DNA from: Podarcis bocagei
Lineage: Eukaryota
Direction: 5' to 3' (one strand)
Assembly: GCA_964188305.1 (NCBI GenBank)
Contig: OZ076893.1
Length of the DNA: 64,000 bases
In this document: piece by piece, positions 12,063 through 23,729 of the stretch
Layout of the letters: each line of letters opens with the position of its first letter
How positions within the stretch are numbered: position 1 is the stretch's first letter
Made by a program: the position numbers and the translations under genes
Notes under the pieces: model-generated
The model's input: the letters and a program-made list of their open reading frames with translations, nothing else
Told to the model about the DNA's origin: nothing
Databases searched by the model: none

Positions 12063-12117
<55 letters not shown>
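12063..12117. repeat. (TA)n microsatellite
   Basis: Uninterrupted AT dinucleotide run directly abutting the Penelope element. Confidence 0.98.
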
Positions 12118-12121
<4 letters not shown>

Positions 12122-12153
12122 TGATGCATTCCTATGCCAAAAGGAGCTTTCAC

Positions 12154-12154
<1 letters not shown>

Positions 12155-12217
<63 letters not shown>

Positions 12218-12326
12218 TTATTATTTATACCCCGCCCATCTGGCCGGGCCTCCCCAGCCACTCTGGGCGGCTTCCATAAAAACCAAAAATACAGTAAAAT
12301 ATCACACGTTAAAAACTTCCCTGAAC
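12155..12326 (-). mobile_element. L2-type 3' UTR remnant with long (TTA)n tail
   Basis: ccccgcccatctggccgggcctccccagccactctgggcggc matches the other L2 ends. Confidence 0.75.
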
Positions 12327-14288
12327 TTCCCGTATAGCTTACACGGTCGTGTATTTAGGAAACAAGTTAGTCAAAATATTCTCAGCCCTTTCCCTTTCCC
12401 AGGAGGGGAAAAAAAATTGAAAACCCCTGATTTTCAGGTTTTGCTCAGTCTTCTTACTTGAAGCAATTTCCTTAAATATGTTCATACTCAGATGCACATG
12501 CTCCAGAATGGTTGAAAGTATTTCAGAGTTCCTCTCAATGTGATCTCTTAGCAAAGCTACATGCTCCGCTGGTGTTTAGAGCATGATTTTAACAAAAGTT
12601 GTTATGAATTCAGTGCAGGTCTCAGCATTCTCACGCAGGAACATAGAAGGAAGCGGACCTCATGACACTAGCTGGTAACATAACGCTGTACATGGCCTGA
12701 TCACATGGGGGTCACTACCCAATTCCTTTCAACTGTTTCCTTCATAATTGTCCAAAGGATGCTATTTTATCCTTAGCTGAATCAATTCCATGCCTTTCAC
12801 TCCAAGGGGTATTGTCCATTCTGGTGCTATGCGGTTCCCACTACTGAATGCACTTCCAGTCTGCTTTATGCAGCCAATAACCCCAAATTTTGTGTCAGAG
12901 GAAGGGGATTGTACAATGTCCCCCACCCCCACCACCAAATGGAAGCCTTATTTGAGGAGGTAAGATCAAAAAAAGAAAAGAAAAATCTAAAGAAGTGCTT
13001 TTGCTTGGAGAAAAACAATTTGGCTCTCTGCTTCCTCCCACAATGACATTTGAGTGCAAACATTTATCTGCACCATGCGGCTTCACTGGTCTTTGATTTA
13101 TAACCGCCTTTTTTAAGCAATTCATGTATCTTATTTAATACTCGCATCAAGCTCCCAGAAACACAGTGGCTACTTTTTTTGCACATTAAATCCTCATACA
13201 CCAGTCTGTAGGCTTATGTTTCCATATGGCAGCTGGGGGGAGGGCATGGCTGGGGGAGATATATAAGCACACCCACACATACAGGAAACTTCTTGAAGTG
13301 TATTTTTTAAAATTTTATTTAAAAAATCCATTCCTAAACAGGTTAGGGAGTTTTACTGTTCTGAGTAATGTAGCAAATTAAAAACAAGGAATCAGACAAT
13401 GACAGAGGGATTTGCAGCACTAAATTATTCACTGTGTGGTCTGGTCCACTCCATAGCAATGGAAGGGAACACCTGCCACATTAACAGGAATGGCAGGCTG
13501 ATTATAAATGTTAGCTTACCACTATCTGAGCCAACAAATGTCCTCAACTGGCTCATGTCCCAGACAAGGTCAAGGCACTCAGCTATTAAACACCTTTAAC
13601 ATGTTTTGAGGTCGAAACTTGAATACACACACGAAATAAGAACTTGAATTGCTCTGCTTTTTTATTTTATTTGCTTGATAGTGGATGGAATATAACCTGA
13701 ATCATCACAAGGCAGTGGAGTCTAATGAAATGAAACTCGCTAAACTTATAAGAGATGTATCAAAATTACAACAACCCTATGGAAGCGTGTGCTTTTGTTG
13801 TTGTTTTAGGATTAAAATATACCATAGCTCTCAACTTTATTTCAGATGCTGCCAGTTCCAGTCATATGTCAGCTGAAAGAATTCCATCAAAAATAGAAAC
13901 AGAAGTGGGAAATGTCATCTTCCTTTTCTGTCCCATGTCTGGTAAAGAATAAATCCAGTGACTATGATGGGTACAGCAACACAAATGACGTTATCTTTGG
14001 CCGAAGGTGAACAGTAGCTGAATGGAAACAATGCCACATGTGACTAATGTGTGGCAGGATGAAAAAGGATGCCTTCTTACATCCCTAATGATGGACTGGT
14101 CGGAAGAAGTCATTGTGGTACATAGGTGACTGCACCCAGGACTCTTTCTTCTCTCCCTCTGGTAACTGGAGATACCAGTGAAATGGATCGCTGATGGGAC
14201 ACGCACTTTGAAACTATCTAGCACTGCTCCAAGCATTGCTTTTTCTTGCTAGTTTCTTTAGACGTCTTTGTATTTAGAGGATCAGAGG

Positions 14289-14567
14289 ACCAGTGTGGTG
14301 TAGTGGTTAAGAGCGGTAGTCTCGTAATCTGGGGAACTGGGTTTGCGTCTCCGCTCCTCCACATGCAGCTGCTGGGTGACCTTGAGCTAGTCACACTTCT
14401 TTGAAGTCTCTCAGCCTCACTCACCTCACAGAGTGTTTGTTGTGGCGAGGAAGGGAAAGGAGATTGTTAGCCGCTTTGAGACTCCCTAGGGTAGTGATAA
14501 AGCGGGATATCAAATCCAAACTCCTCCTCCTCCTCCTCCTCCTCCTCCTCTTCTTCTTCTTCTTCTT
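14289..14567 (+). mobile_element. tRNA-derived SINE (Squam3-like)
   Basis: Same family as 3640-3927; (CCT)n(CTT)n tail. Confidence 0.85.
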
Positions 14568-14814
14568 TTGAGGCACAATATTGCAACTTACCTTATTACT
14601 GCAAAATTTCAAAATCCCTGTTAAGCAGACACCTGCTTTAAAATCCCTTCCTGCAGAAATTGAGGAGAGGGGCCAGGGATGCATCATATCTCTCAACATT
14701 AGAATTTAAAGATATGATACCCAGATTGCAAAAGGCCAACTCTTGAGCTCTGAAGAGTATCTAATGAAACAGGTTGTTTTTTTTTAAAAAAAACAACCCA
14801 CAAAAATTATTTAC

Positions 14815-14942
14815 CTTTTTAGGTTCGGATATGTTATTAACATAAATAGTGTAGACGCCACTTTTGTTGAAGCCAGCTTGGTATGCATCAGCACAGTCTC
14901 TGAATGGCCTGTCATCTTCTCTTTTTGTACTCTTTAGTACAA
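14815..14942 (-). CDS. ANGPT1: Angiopoietin-1 coding exon 5 (128 bp; VVLKSTKREDDRPFRDCADAYQAGFNKSGVYTIYVNNISEPKK), start of fibrinogen-like domain
   Basis: Translated by hand. Acceptor tttttcag|TT, donor AAG|gtaaat; contains the FRDCAD motif. Confidence 0.97.
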
Positions 14943-15627
14943 CTGAAAAACAGAAAACGAATATGGTGTTGACATCAGCAGTAACAGCCGCATTGCAGTG
15001 TTATTTCTAATGGTGTATTTTTTGTTAATGGTTGCTCTAATATTTTTACAGTGGTGACATAAAAATACTTTCATAAATAGATCAATATAATATACAAAAA
15101 TTAGAGGCATTTAATTCAGTGACAAGCAGAGTGATACCACAGCCTGAGCAACTGAGTCTAGGTTATCCTGGTCAAAGGGCAGATCCACACTCGTGGTTTT
15201 TAACGTTAAGGATGGGTTAAGGAATGCTGTTGATAATGTAGATGGACACATGGTATCCTACTTTTATGTTCATAAAACGTTATTATCTTGTCTTTTTATC
15301 ACTTAATTTTTAATTGTTTTATGCTGTTATATCAGTGCAACACTGATCATATGTCCCTAGGTAGTGTTTTGTCTGGTTTTTTTACTGCATTCAAACTCTG
15401 ACCCCCCTCCCATGGTATTCAAGGGGCAGATAACAAAGGACATGGAGGGAGAGAGGAAGAATTAAAATGTGAGACCAGATGGCAGAGCACAGCAACCAGC
15501 GTGGCCAGGTATTACTTACATTCGATGGGGGGAAAAACCAAAGGTTAAAAAATGTTTTTGATTAACAAGTATGCCCTGTGACATTTTAGGACGACATATC
15601 TAATAGTGTTCCAATAGGGGGAAATAA

Positions 15628-16145
15628 TGTTCAAGAGGTCAGTGTAGATCCAGCCCAAGAACAGCTGCAGTTGGTGAATTAGCCTACACTGGGCAGAAGC
15701 ATTCATAGCTGTAATAGGTATGAGTTACTCGTGCGTAAACTGGTGCCTTTCTCGGTTAATTTGCCTTGTTAAACCTTTCTGACTGCACAGCCCATTCTCA
15801 TCGTGGCTGCCTCAGTCACTGGCAGAATCCGTCAGTGGGCGTTTCTTGAACCTCTTCCAGCTTAAATGTTGTTTGACACCCAGTCTCCTCCTCCTCTCGC
15901 TGCGCGGGAGTCTTCTGCGCAGGGAAGGCGTGGGTAGCGGAGGAGCAGGGCTCTCCTCACTGATGTCCAGTGAAGAGTCCTGGAGCCCTCTCTCCAATTC
16001 CCCCGTCTGCCCCCCTTTATCCCTGGTGTTGCGCTGATTGGCTTCCCCCTCTACTGAGCTGTTTCTCCCCCTGCTGCTGGGTCCTTCGCCAGCATCATCT
16101 GGGAGCCTCCCCTTCACCTCTCGCTCCGATGTCAGTTCCCTGACA
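15628..16145 (-). mobile_element. Probable solo-LTR-like repeat
   Basis: TG...CA ends (tgttca.../...ctgaca), near-identical 4-bp flanks ATAA / ATAG, CpGs retained. Similar architecture at ~43347-43839. Confidence 0.5.
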
Positions 16146-16280
16146 ATAGCCACAAAAGCCACTTGAGACTCCAGTGATAAGCCCTGCAGAAAGAGGCAAG
16201 TCCTCACCTGGTGCCTAAAGAGATGGGGAGTGTTGATGCTACCTGGACCTCATGGGGAAGTGAGGACGATAACCCTGCTA

Positions 16281-16561
16281 CTCCTAGGGCCTTCTGGTGG
16301 TTCCCTCACTGTGAGAAGAGAGGTTACAGGGAACCAGGCAGAGGGCCTTCTCGGTAGTGGCGCCCGCCCTGTGGAATGCCCTCCCATTGGATGTCAAGGA
16401 AATAAACAACTACCTGACTTTTAGAAGACATCTGAAAGCAACCCTGTTTAGGGAAGTTTTGAATGTCTTATGTTTCATCATGTTTTTAATATTCTGTTGG
16501 GAGCTGCTCAGAGTGGCTGGGGAGGCCTATAAGTAATAAATTATTGTTGCTGCTGCTGTTA
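16281..16561 (+). mobile_element. L2-type LINE 3' fragment
   Basis: Shared with the copies at 46502-47006, 56450-56872 and 63170-63655 (RAFSVVAPxLWNxLP-type C-terminus plus 3' UTR). Confidence 0.8.
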
Positions 16562-16613
16562 CTGAGAAGGCCTTCAGCAAGGTATAGACCTCTCCACAAA
16601 TGATACAGTAAAT

Positions 16614-16862
16614 CAGGGGTCAGCAAACTTTTTCAGCTGGGGGCCGGTCCACTGTCCCTCAGACATTGTGGAGGGCCAGACTATGTTTTGAAAAGAAGAA
16701 GAACGAATTCCTATGCCCCACAAATAACCCAGAGATGCATTTTAAATAAAAGCATACATTCTATTCATGTAAAAACACGCTGATTCCCAGACTGTCTACA
16801 GGCCGGATTTAGAAGGCGACTGTGCCGGATCTGGCCCCTGGGCCTTAGTTTGCCTACCCATG
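16614..16862. mobile_element. hAT MITE
   Basis: Imperfect TIRs CAGGGGTCAGCAAACT / AGTTTGCCTACCCATG; 8-bp TSD CAGTAAAT. Confidence 0.88.
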
Positions 16863-17684
16863 CAGTAAATTAACAGATAGAAATAAACAGCTACAGGTTT
16901 GATGGAGGAAGCTTCTTTATCCTGCCAACATGCCTATCTGAAGCACACAATATCTGCTGACGAACGAAGGTGGAAGCCCTATGTTTAAGTTATGGTACGA
17001 TACATAAAACTCGCATTACCTATTAACGGCAGGATTCGTGACTCACAATCTGTTGGCACTATATAAATGTTTAACAGTAGCAGCAGTAAAAGTTTTATGG
17101 AGGAATCTTAACGTCTTTTGTTACACTTAGAGAGGGAAAAGGCAACAGAGCTACTGTTACATTGCCAGATTAGCACATACTCTCTCCCTTTTATTATCAA
17201 GGAAAACATCCATTTGCTGCCTTCTTCACCTCACTTTTCTTTTGAGTTCCTAGCACAGTCCGATGGATGAGGCCCAGAGTTTATTGTTTTAGGCTGTTTA
17301 TCTTGAAAGAAAAATCAAGGCAGCTTAGAAGTCAAACAGTGGGAAAATAGAATGAGAAATCGGAACAATAAAATAGGGTGCTGTTGGCTTCATTCAAATG
17401 TTATCATCAGTCTGGGTTGCTGAAAGATTGCTCAGATAAAAAAGATTTTATCTTCCTCTGGGAAGCAAATTCCACTAAATAATGGCTAAGGCTATAAAGG
17501 CTTGCCAGTTGCCTTGAAGCTCTGATAAAGAGAAAAGGCAGAACCCGGAACAGCCCCAGTCTTGCTCAGCAAGAAAGCTTCTATGAGAAGCTCCCTGTGT
17601 TATGCCGGTCTCAGGCCTTAAAAAATAAAGCCAGCATATTGAACTTTACCTAGAAGAACGTTAGCTAAAAGAATTGTTTTGTAA

Positions 17685-17933
17685 AGGTAAAGGGACCCCT
17701 GACCGTTAGGTCCAGTTGCGGACGACTCTGGGCTTGTGGCGCTCATCTCCCTTTATTGGCCAAGGGAGCTGGCGTTTGTCCACAAACACTTTTTACGGGT
17801 CATGTAGCCAGCAAGACTAAGCTGTTTATGGCGAAATCAGAGCAGCGCACGAAAACACCATTTACCTTCCCGCCGGTGCAGTACCTATTTATCTACTTGC
17901 ACTGGTGTGCTTTCGGACTGCTAGGTTGGCAGG
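17685..17933 (-). mobile_element. Sauria SINE, 5'-truncated
   Basis: 3' two-thirds of the same family; TSD TTGTTTTGTAA. Confidence 0.9.
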
Positions 17934-18985
17934 TTGTTTTGTAACCTAGGCCAAATACAAATTCCAGCAGCTGATCCGATCAACAGATGTCACCATATTC
18001 TATCATTCCAGCTGGAGTGAATTGCATGCTGTGATCGCTATCCAAGGAAGAATCCTGCTATTTTTATGGTAGATGTTTTGTTTCCTGTAAGTCACCACCA
18101 CCAAAAAGCACTTGCAGGAAGGAATCCAACAGGTAGAGAGTTTTTTTGTTTTGTTTTGTTTTTATAATCACACACATTCTTTACCTGCCGAATTTCTGGG
18201 GAAAAGTTTTTATTTATGGCAACAGAATATTGTTTCTCCAGCAGGGTAGTCATTGATTGTCCTCATACTCCCCCATCTATTATTTTAAATATTTATTAGT
18301 TGTTTTTTCTTACAAATCTGTATATATACTTATCTGTTTATGAAAAAATAAATATAATTTTTTTAAAAAAAGTTTAGTACACACAGAAGTTCAACAGGTG
18401 GGTCATTTACAATCACACTTATTCTCTATCTGTTGAATTTCTGCCTCTGATTTTATTACTAAACAATAGGAAAAAATGGCAGGAATGTTTTATTGTGAAG
18501 AAGGACTACATGAAGAAAATTAAATACAAGCTTGATAACTCAGTTCCTTTTGTTTTTACATCAAATCAGGAATCTCAGCATGGTGTGGTGGAACAATAAT
18601 TCCCTTACAGGTGCCTTTCCCCCAAAATAAAACTGGCATGAAAACTGAGCTGCCAAGCAATTGTGTTCCTTAAAGACTGATGCATTTCCTCTTTCTTTCT
18701 CTTTTTTGTGTGAGCAATGAAAACCTTTGCCTTCTTGGCAAAGTTCCAATTTGTAATTACTCCAGGATGGAACTATGTTCCCTTGTATCCAAACGAAATG
18801 ACTTCTGTGCCAAGAATTATCTTCCAGTCACTGCCCTTGTGCACCTCTATTCTATCTTCCCTTACTTGCTCCCCCCCCTAAACTGAACCCCCCTCAACAC
18901 TGTAACCCTTTCCTCCTCTAGGAATGTTGCTGCAATCCCTTGATCATTTTGGTTACTAGTTAACAAGCAGCTTTTAGAGATTTAG

Positions 18986-19126
18986 ATTCAGGCAGGTAGC
19001 CGTGTTGGTCTGACGCAGTCGAAATAAATAAAAAAATGTCCAGTAGCACCTTATAAACACATGAAAGCTTATACTCAGAACAAACTTAGTTGGTCTCTAA
19101 GGTGCTACTGGACATTTATTTATTTA
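18986..19126. mobile_element. Short fold-back remnant of a Penelope-type pseudo-LTR
   Basis: gtagccgtgttggtctg...tgtccagtagcacctta...gaaagctta...taaggtgctactggaca; 13-bp direct repeat TTTAGAGATTTAG at 18973-18985 and 19127-19139. Confidence 0.7.
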
Positions 19127-19162
19127 TTTAGAGATTTAGGATATACTTCTTTAAGACACTTA

Positions 19163-19515
19163 GGTAAAGGTAAAGGGACCCCTGACCATTAGGTCCAGTC
19201 GTGGCCGACTCTGGGGTTGTGGCGCTCATCTCGCTTTATTGGCCGAGGGAGCCGGTGTACAGTTTCCGGGTCATGTGGCCAGCATGACTAAGCTGCTTCT
19301 GGCAAACCAGAGCAGTGCAAGTAAACGCCGTTTACCTTCCCGCTGGAGCGGTACCAATTATCTACTTGCACTTTGACGTGCTTTCGAACTGCTAGGTTGG
19401 GAAGAGCAGGGACCGAGCAACGAGAGCTCACCCCGTCGCGGGGATTTGAACCGCCGACCTTCTGATCGGCAAGCCCTAGGCTCTGTGGTTTAACCCACAG
19501 CACCACCCGTGTCCC
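19163..19515 (-). mobile_element. Sauria SINE, full length
   Basis: tRNA-like head with A/B boxes and (ACCTTT)n tail on the minus strand; 12-bp TSD TTAAGACACTTA. Confidence 0.92.
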
Positions 19516-21327
19516 TTAAGACACTTACTTAGCAGTAAATTTGGGAGACCAGCAAAGCCAATGTGGTGCACTCCAGATTTTGGTGACTGCAACTCCCATC
19601 AGCCCAAGCCAGCACAACCAATCATCCACAACATCTGAAGTGCATCACATTGGCTACCCATGCTACAGACATCGGTAGGATTCACAATTAAACATGAAAG
19701 ACCATAATAACCTAAAGCTAGAAGACATGCTTCTGCTTTGCATGCAGAAGATCCTGGGTTCAGTCCCTGGGATGTCCAAGCATGCCTGGTAGGGTTGCCA
19801 TATTTCAATAAGTGAAAACCTGGACAGAAAAAGTTGTTGAGCTTATTTCTGCTAAACAGCAAAGAGATTTTGAGCTTTCTCCTTAGGAAAATCAGCAAAA
19901 ACAACACTGCCAACATTAGCTGCCATACGTCCAGATTTTCCAGGAACATTTAGCAGATTTTCCGCCCGGACACTGCTTGCGGCAGAAGAAAGACTTCTTC
20001 CTGAAACTTGGAGAGCTGCTCTCAACCTGTAAATCATTGTGAGTGATATAGAACAATGGTTTGACTCAGTATATGGCAGCCTCTTCATGATCTGGCTTCA
20101 TATCTAGGGCTTACATTGAAAGCTGAGTCTAGCTTGCCTCTCCTTCCTTGAATTTGCTCTGTAACTGGAAGTGGACCAGTCACATCCCTGTGGACGGAAT
20201 GTTAGAATGAATGGGCATTCACTCTCTCCACAGAGATGATTCTGGCTGAGAAGAAAAGGGCAGCAGCAGTAAGGCATCCATGTACTGTAGGCTGTTAGGC
20301 CTCTTTACTACATTGGAGCATGATCCTAGGGAGCAAAGTATATTGTGTGTTTTAATAACCACAATAGTGCTATGCCTGCACTTTAAAAAAAAAAAACACA
20401 CACACACCAACGCCCTCATTTCACAGCCACTTTGGAACCTTTTTTTGGCTGGGAATTGAAGCATAAATGCAAATAAGCATTTGTGGGTATATAGTGATCT
20501 TTGATATCAGTTGCTGGGAAGCAAGAGTAGGAGAGAGTTATTGCATTCATGTTCAGGCATTTATTTGGCTCCTGTGGGAAACAGGATGGTGAACTTTGGT
20601 CTGATGTGGCAGGGTTTTTTTAATGTTTAAATTTGCACTAATTAATGTTTAATTATCATGTTTAATTTGCTAAGCGGAGCAGTTCAGCTGCAGAAGCTTG
20701 TCTGTTTTATACCTATTTATGGGGTGGGGTATAATTAATCACAGGAAGACTTCAGCATTCCCAGTAGCTTGTGCTAGACAAGATAACAAAGTCTGGAGTG
20801 TAGATAGAACCTTGCTGACTGTCACTCAGCAACAATGCAAGATTGCAATTACTATACTCTCTTTTAAGGCCAAACTACATATGATATTCAATGCAACAAT
20901 TGTTGTTGTGAGTGAATGTGTGTACGTGTGTGTGTCAACACCAGTGCTGGAGGACCAATCAGGATCAGAATTGCAGTGTGTGGGGAGTGGGGATAACTTA
21001 TTCCTCCCACATTGCCTTCTTAGTGAAAATCACCCTCACAATTTGGCATTATTTGGTTTAGAACGGAAGCTTCCAATATTTCCAACTCTGTTGTTGTTGT
21101 TGTGGAAATTTTTATACTCCTTGAAATCCCACCTTTTACCTAGGAAATGTGCATGTTCAAAGTTGACACAGTATTTCCTTAGTGTTGGGATTCAGCTTTT
21201 TTCATGCTATAATAAACCTTGAGGTGATGTGTGAAAAGCTGAATATTGCAAGTAGGAGTTGATGGACACAGGAAGTTAGGCTGGAGGCTGGCACTTGTAA
21301 CATTTCCTTGCGTCTAACATACTCCCT

Positions 21328-21526
21328 GTTGTTTTTGTCCATTGAGTTGGGAAAGATTGAGGGAACAAGGAGAAGGGGACAACAGAGGACGAGATGGTTG
21401 GGCAGTGTTCTTGAAGCTACCAACATGAGTTTGACCAAACTCCGGGAGGCAGTGGAAAACAGGAGTGCCTGGCGTGCTCTGGTCCATGGGGTCACGAAGA
21501 GTCAGACACGACTAAACAACAACAAC
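21328..21526 (+). mobile_element. BovB (RTE LINE) 3' end
   Basis: Encodes LGKIEGTRRRGQQRTRWL...AWRALVHGVTKSQTRLN; (CAA)n tail; 10-bp TSD CATACTCCCT at 21318-21327 and 21527-21536. Confidence 0.9.
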
Positions 21527-23390
21527 CATACTCCCTAATGCATGCGGAAGGGCTGTATCTCGATGACAGAACATCTGCTTTGCATGAAGAAGGTCTTAGG
21601 CTCAATCTCCAGGTAAAGAGCACCCCACCTGAACTCCCAGATGCTGGTGCTGCCAGTCAATGTACTGACCTAGACGAACCAATGGTCATACTTCATGTGT
21701 TCCTGTGTTGGTGTGAATAGATTTTGAATTGTCCTCATATGGAGTCAGGAACTTTCCTTTGATCAGCCAAAGGTTGCCCAACGCTAGTTTAGTAATTCTC
21801 AAACCCCTGATAATAATGCAATATTATATATCAGAGGATGTTGAGAAAAGGCTGTGTCAAGCAAAATTAATTTTGATTTACTTAGTAATCTAAGATCTGA
21901 CACAATGAATAAGAAATTCAAAACATAGTATTTACTGGTTCCGATGTAAATTAACCAATCCTATTACTAATCGAAGGATGCTTATCTTGATACTAGCATA
22001 TTTCAACATTTCCTGACATTTCTAATCACATGTTGATATAATGAAGGATGTAGTGCTTTGTGGCTTTTCAAATATCTGTCAAATATGGTTGTTATATTAA
22101 CCTAAAACTGACTTTTCCTGATTGCATGCTCAACTATTCAACAGTGATCGCCGACATGGGTTTGTGATCCCACTTGTTGGTAAGACTGTTGATCCTACTC
22201 ATTACTAAGATTGTATAGTTCCATTCAAAGTTCAGCTAATGAGAGTCAAAAATTTCTTGTAGATTAGTAAAGACAAAAGCTCTGATGCTGTTGCACTTGC
22301 ACCTAAGTCACCATGATCCCCAGTGACAGTAGATCCACCATGTCCCACCGCAGCAGAGACCTCTAACTTTCCTAAGGTCACAAAGAGCACACCAAGTGGT
22401 GGTGCTCCATTTCAGGTCTGGGGGCTGCCCTTTCAATGATCCCTACTGGTTGGAAAGCAAATGAGACCCGGGAGAGGTTGACAGGGCCTAGAGAGATATA
22501 AAGGCTCTGCAGGAGTAGGGACTTTGTTGTGAACAAGTGGTTGACTCTGATGCCTCCTGGGGATCTGTCTGTGATTCTGCAAGCCCTGTGTCCAGTCATC
22601 TTTGCTATGTGGAACTGTAGTGATCTGCTACTCTTGTCATACTGGGTTTTGAACATGTACTTGGCTCACCCAGGTTGACCCAGGGTCCCTTCAACACCCC
22701 ACTCTGTTTAGGCAAACACAAGTCCCAGCTCAGCCACAATTCTCACTGTTATGCTCCCTCAAGGGATTGTTCTGAGGAAAAAACTTCCATGAGTGCTGCT
22801 TTAATACAAACATGTCAATATATGCTTGTATCATGCATGTGTTATGAAGATTACCATGGAAATATCTTGGCACTTACTAGTCCCACTCAATCCATTGGTA
22901 GGACTGGTCCTGGTGGCTACCTAGCAAAATCCTGAAAAATGGGAGTCTGGTTGCTGTGTTTAAGCTTAGAAGCCAGCCTTGGAACTCATCCCTCTCCCAA
23001 CAATTCCTTAAGCTGTCTTATTTACTCTTGCCCACTTAACTATGCTTAAGTTCTACTCATACGACACTTCTGTGAGGTCAGATGGGGACATGCAGAACTT
23101 AGGGGTGGGGCATCTAGTAGCCCACTGAATCATACTACAGTAGTTCTGAAAGCCTACATTATAATCTTAGGTGTTAAATTGGATAATGGCTTTACAATCC
23201 ACAAGGAGCATAATTCAGTACCCAATGGTCATTTGATTCTGAATGTGTTCAAGGAAGCTGGCCTAAGCAGGTATTTGGAAAATATAGTTTTATCCTCAGA
23301 ATGACATGCTAATAGAAATCTGGGACAGAATTGACTCAATAAGATGGCAGTCATTGTATTACAGACATTCTGGGGAGAAATCCATAACCA

Positions 23391-23459
23391 TTCCTGCTTG
23401 GCGGGGGGTTGGACTCGATGGCCCTTGTGGTCTCTTCCAACTCTATGATTCTATGATTC
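23391..23459 (+). mobile_element. CR1 extreme 3' end
   Basis: gggttggactcgatggccctt...ttccaactctatgattctatgattc (CR1 octamer tail), ~40 bp from the exon 4 donor. Confidence 0.8.
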
Positions 23460-23496
23460 ACCCCTGATTTAATTGTTCAAGCATATGCCATCTTAC

Positions 23497-23729
23497 CTCC
23501 TTCTTTAGAACAAAGACTGACTAAGTTGTGAACGGTGTCCATGAGCTCCAGCTGTTGTTTTTGCAGAATACTGTTATTGGTGGTTGCCTTACTCAGCTGC
23601 CTCTCCAGTTCTTGGATGATGTAGGTCTGACGTGAAACCAAGCCTTGCAGGTTCTCTTTCTCCTCCTTCAGCGTATCCAGCTCCCCTTTATGTCTTTCTT
23701 CCATTTCAAGGATTTTGTGTTCCAATAAA
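23497..23729 (-). CDS. ANGPT1: Angiopoietin-1 coding exon 4 (233 bp; LLEHKILEMEERHKGELDTLKEEKENLQGLVSRQTYIIQELERQLSKATTNNSILQKQQLELMDTVHNLVSLCSKEG)
   Basis: Lies within ORF 23477..23821(-). Acceptor cctactag|T, donor GGAG|gtaaga; frame consistent with neighbouring exons. Confidence 0.97.

Larger units (their letters stand above)
9311..12064 (-). mobile_element. Penelope-like retroelement (PLE), 5'-truncated, with an inverted pseudo-LTR at the 5' junction
   Basis: RT + GIY-YIG ORF; ~372-bp inverted repeat 9340-9711 / 11693-12064; hammerhead cores; flanked by (TA)n on both sides. Confidence 0.96.

Noticed and set aside
11902-12461. Poly-L/I/N ORFs (similar poly-E/S/F/Y ORFs at 56.9 kb and 63.1 kb)
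   Set aside because: Translations of trinucleotide microsatellites in retroposon tails.
15812-16207. 131-aa acidic/basic ORF
   Set aside because: Lies in an LTR-like dispersed repeat; no splice or domain support.
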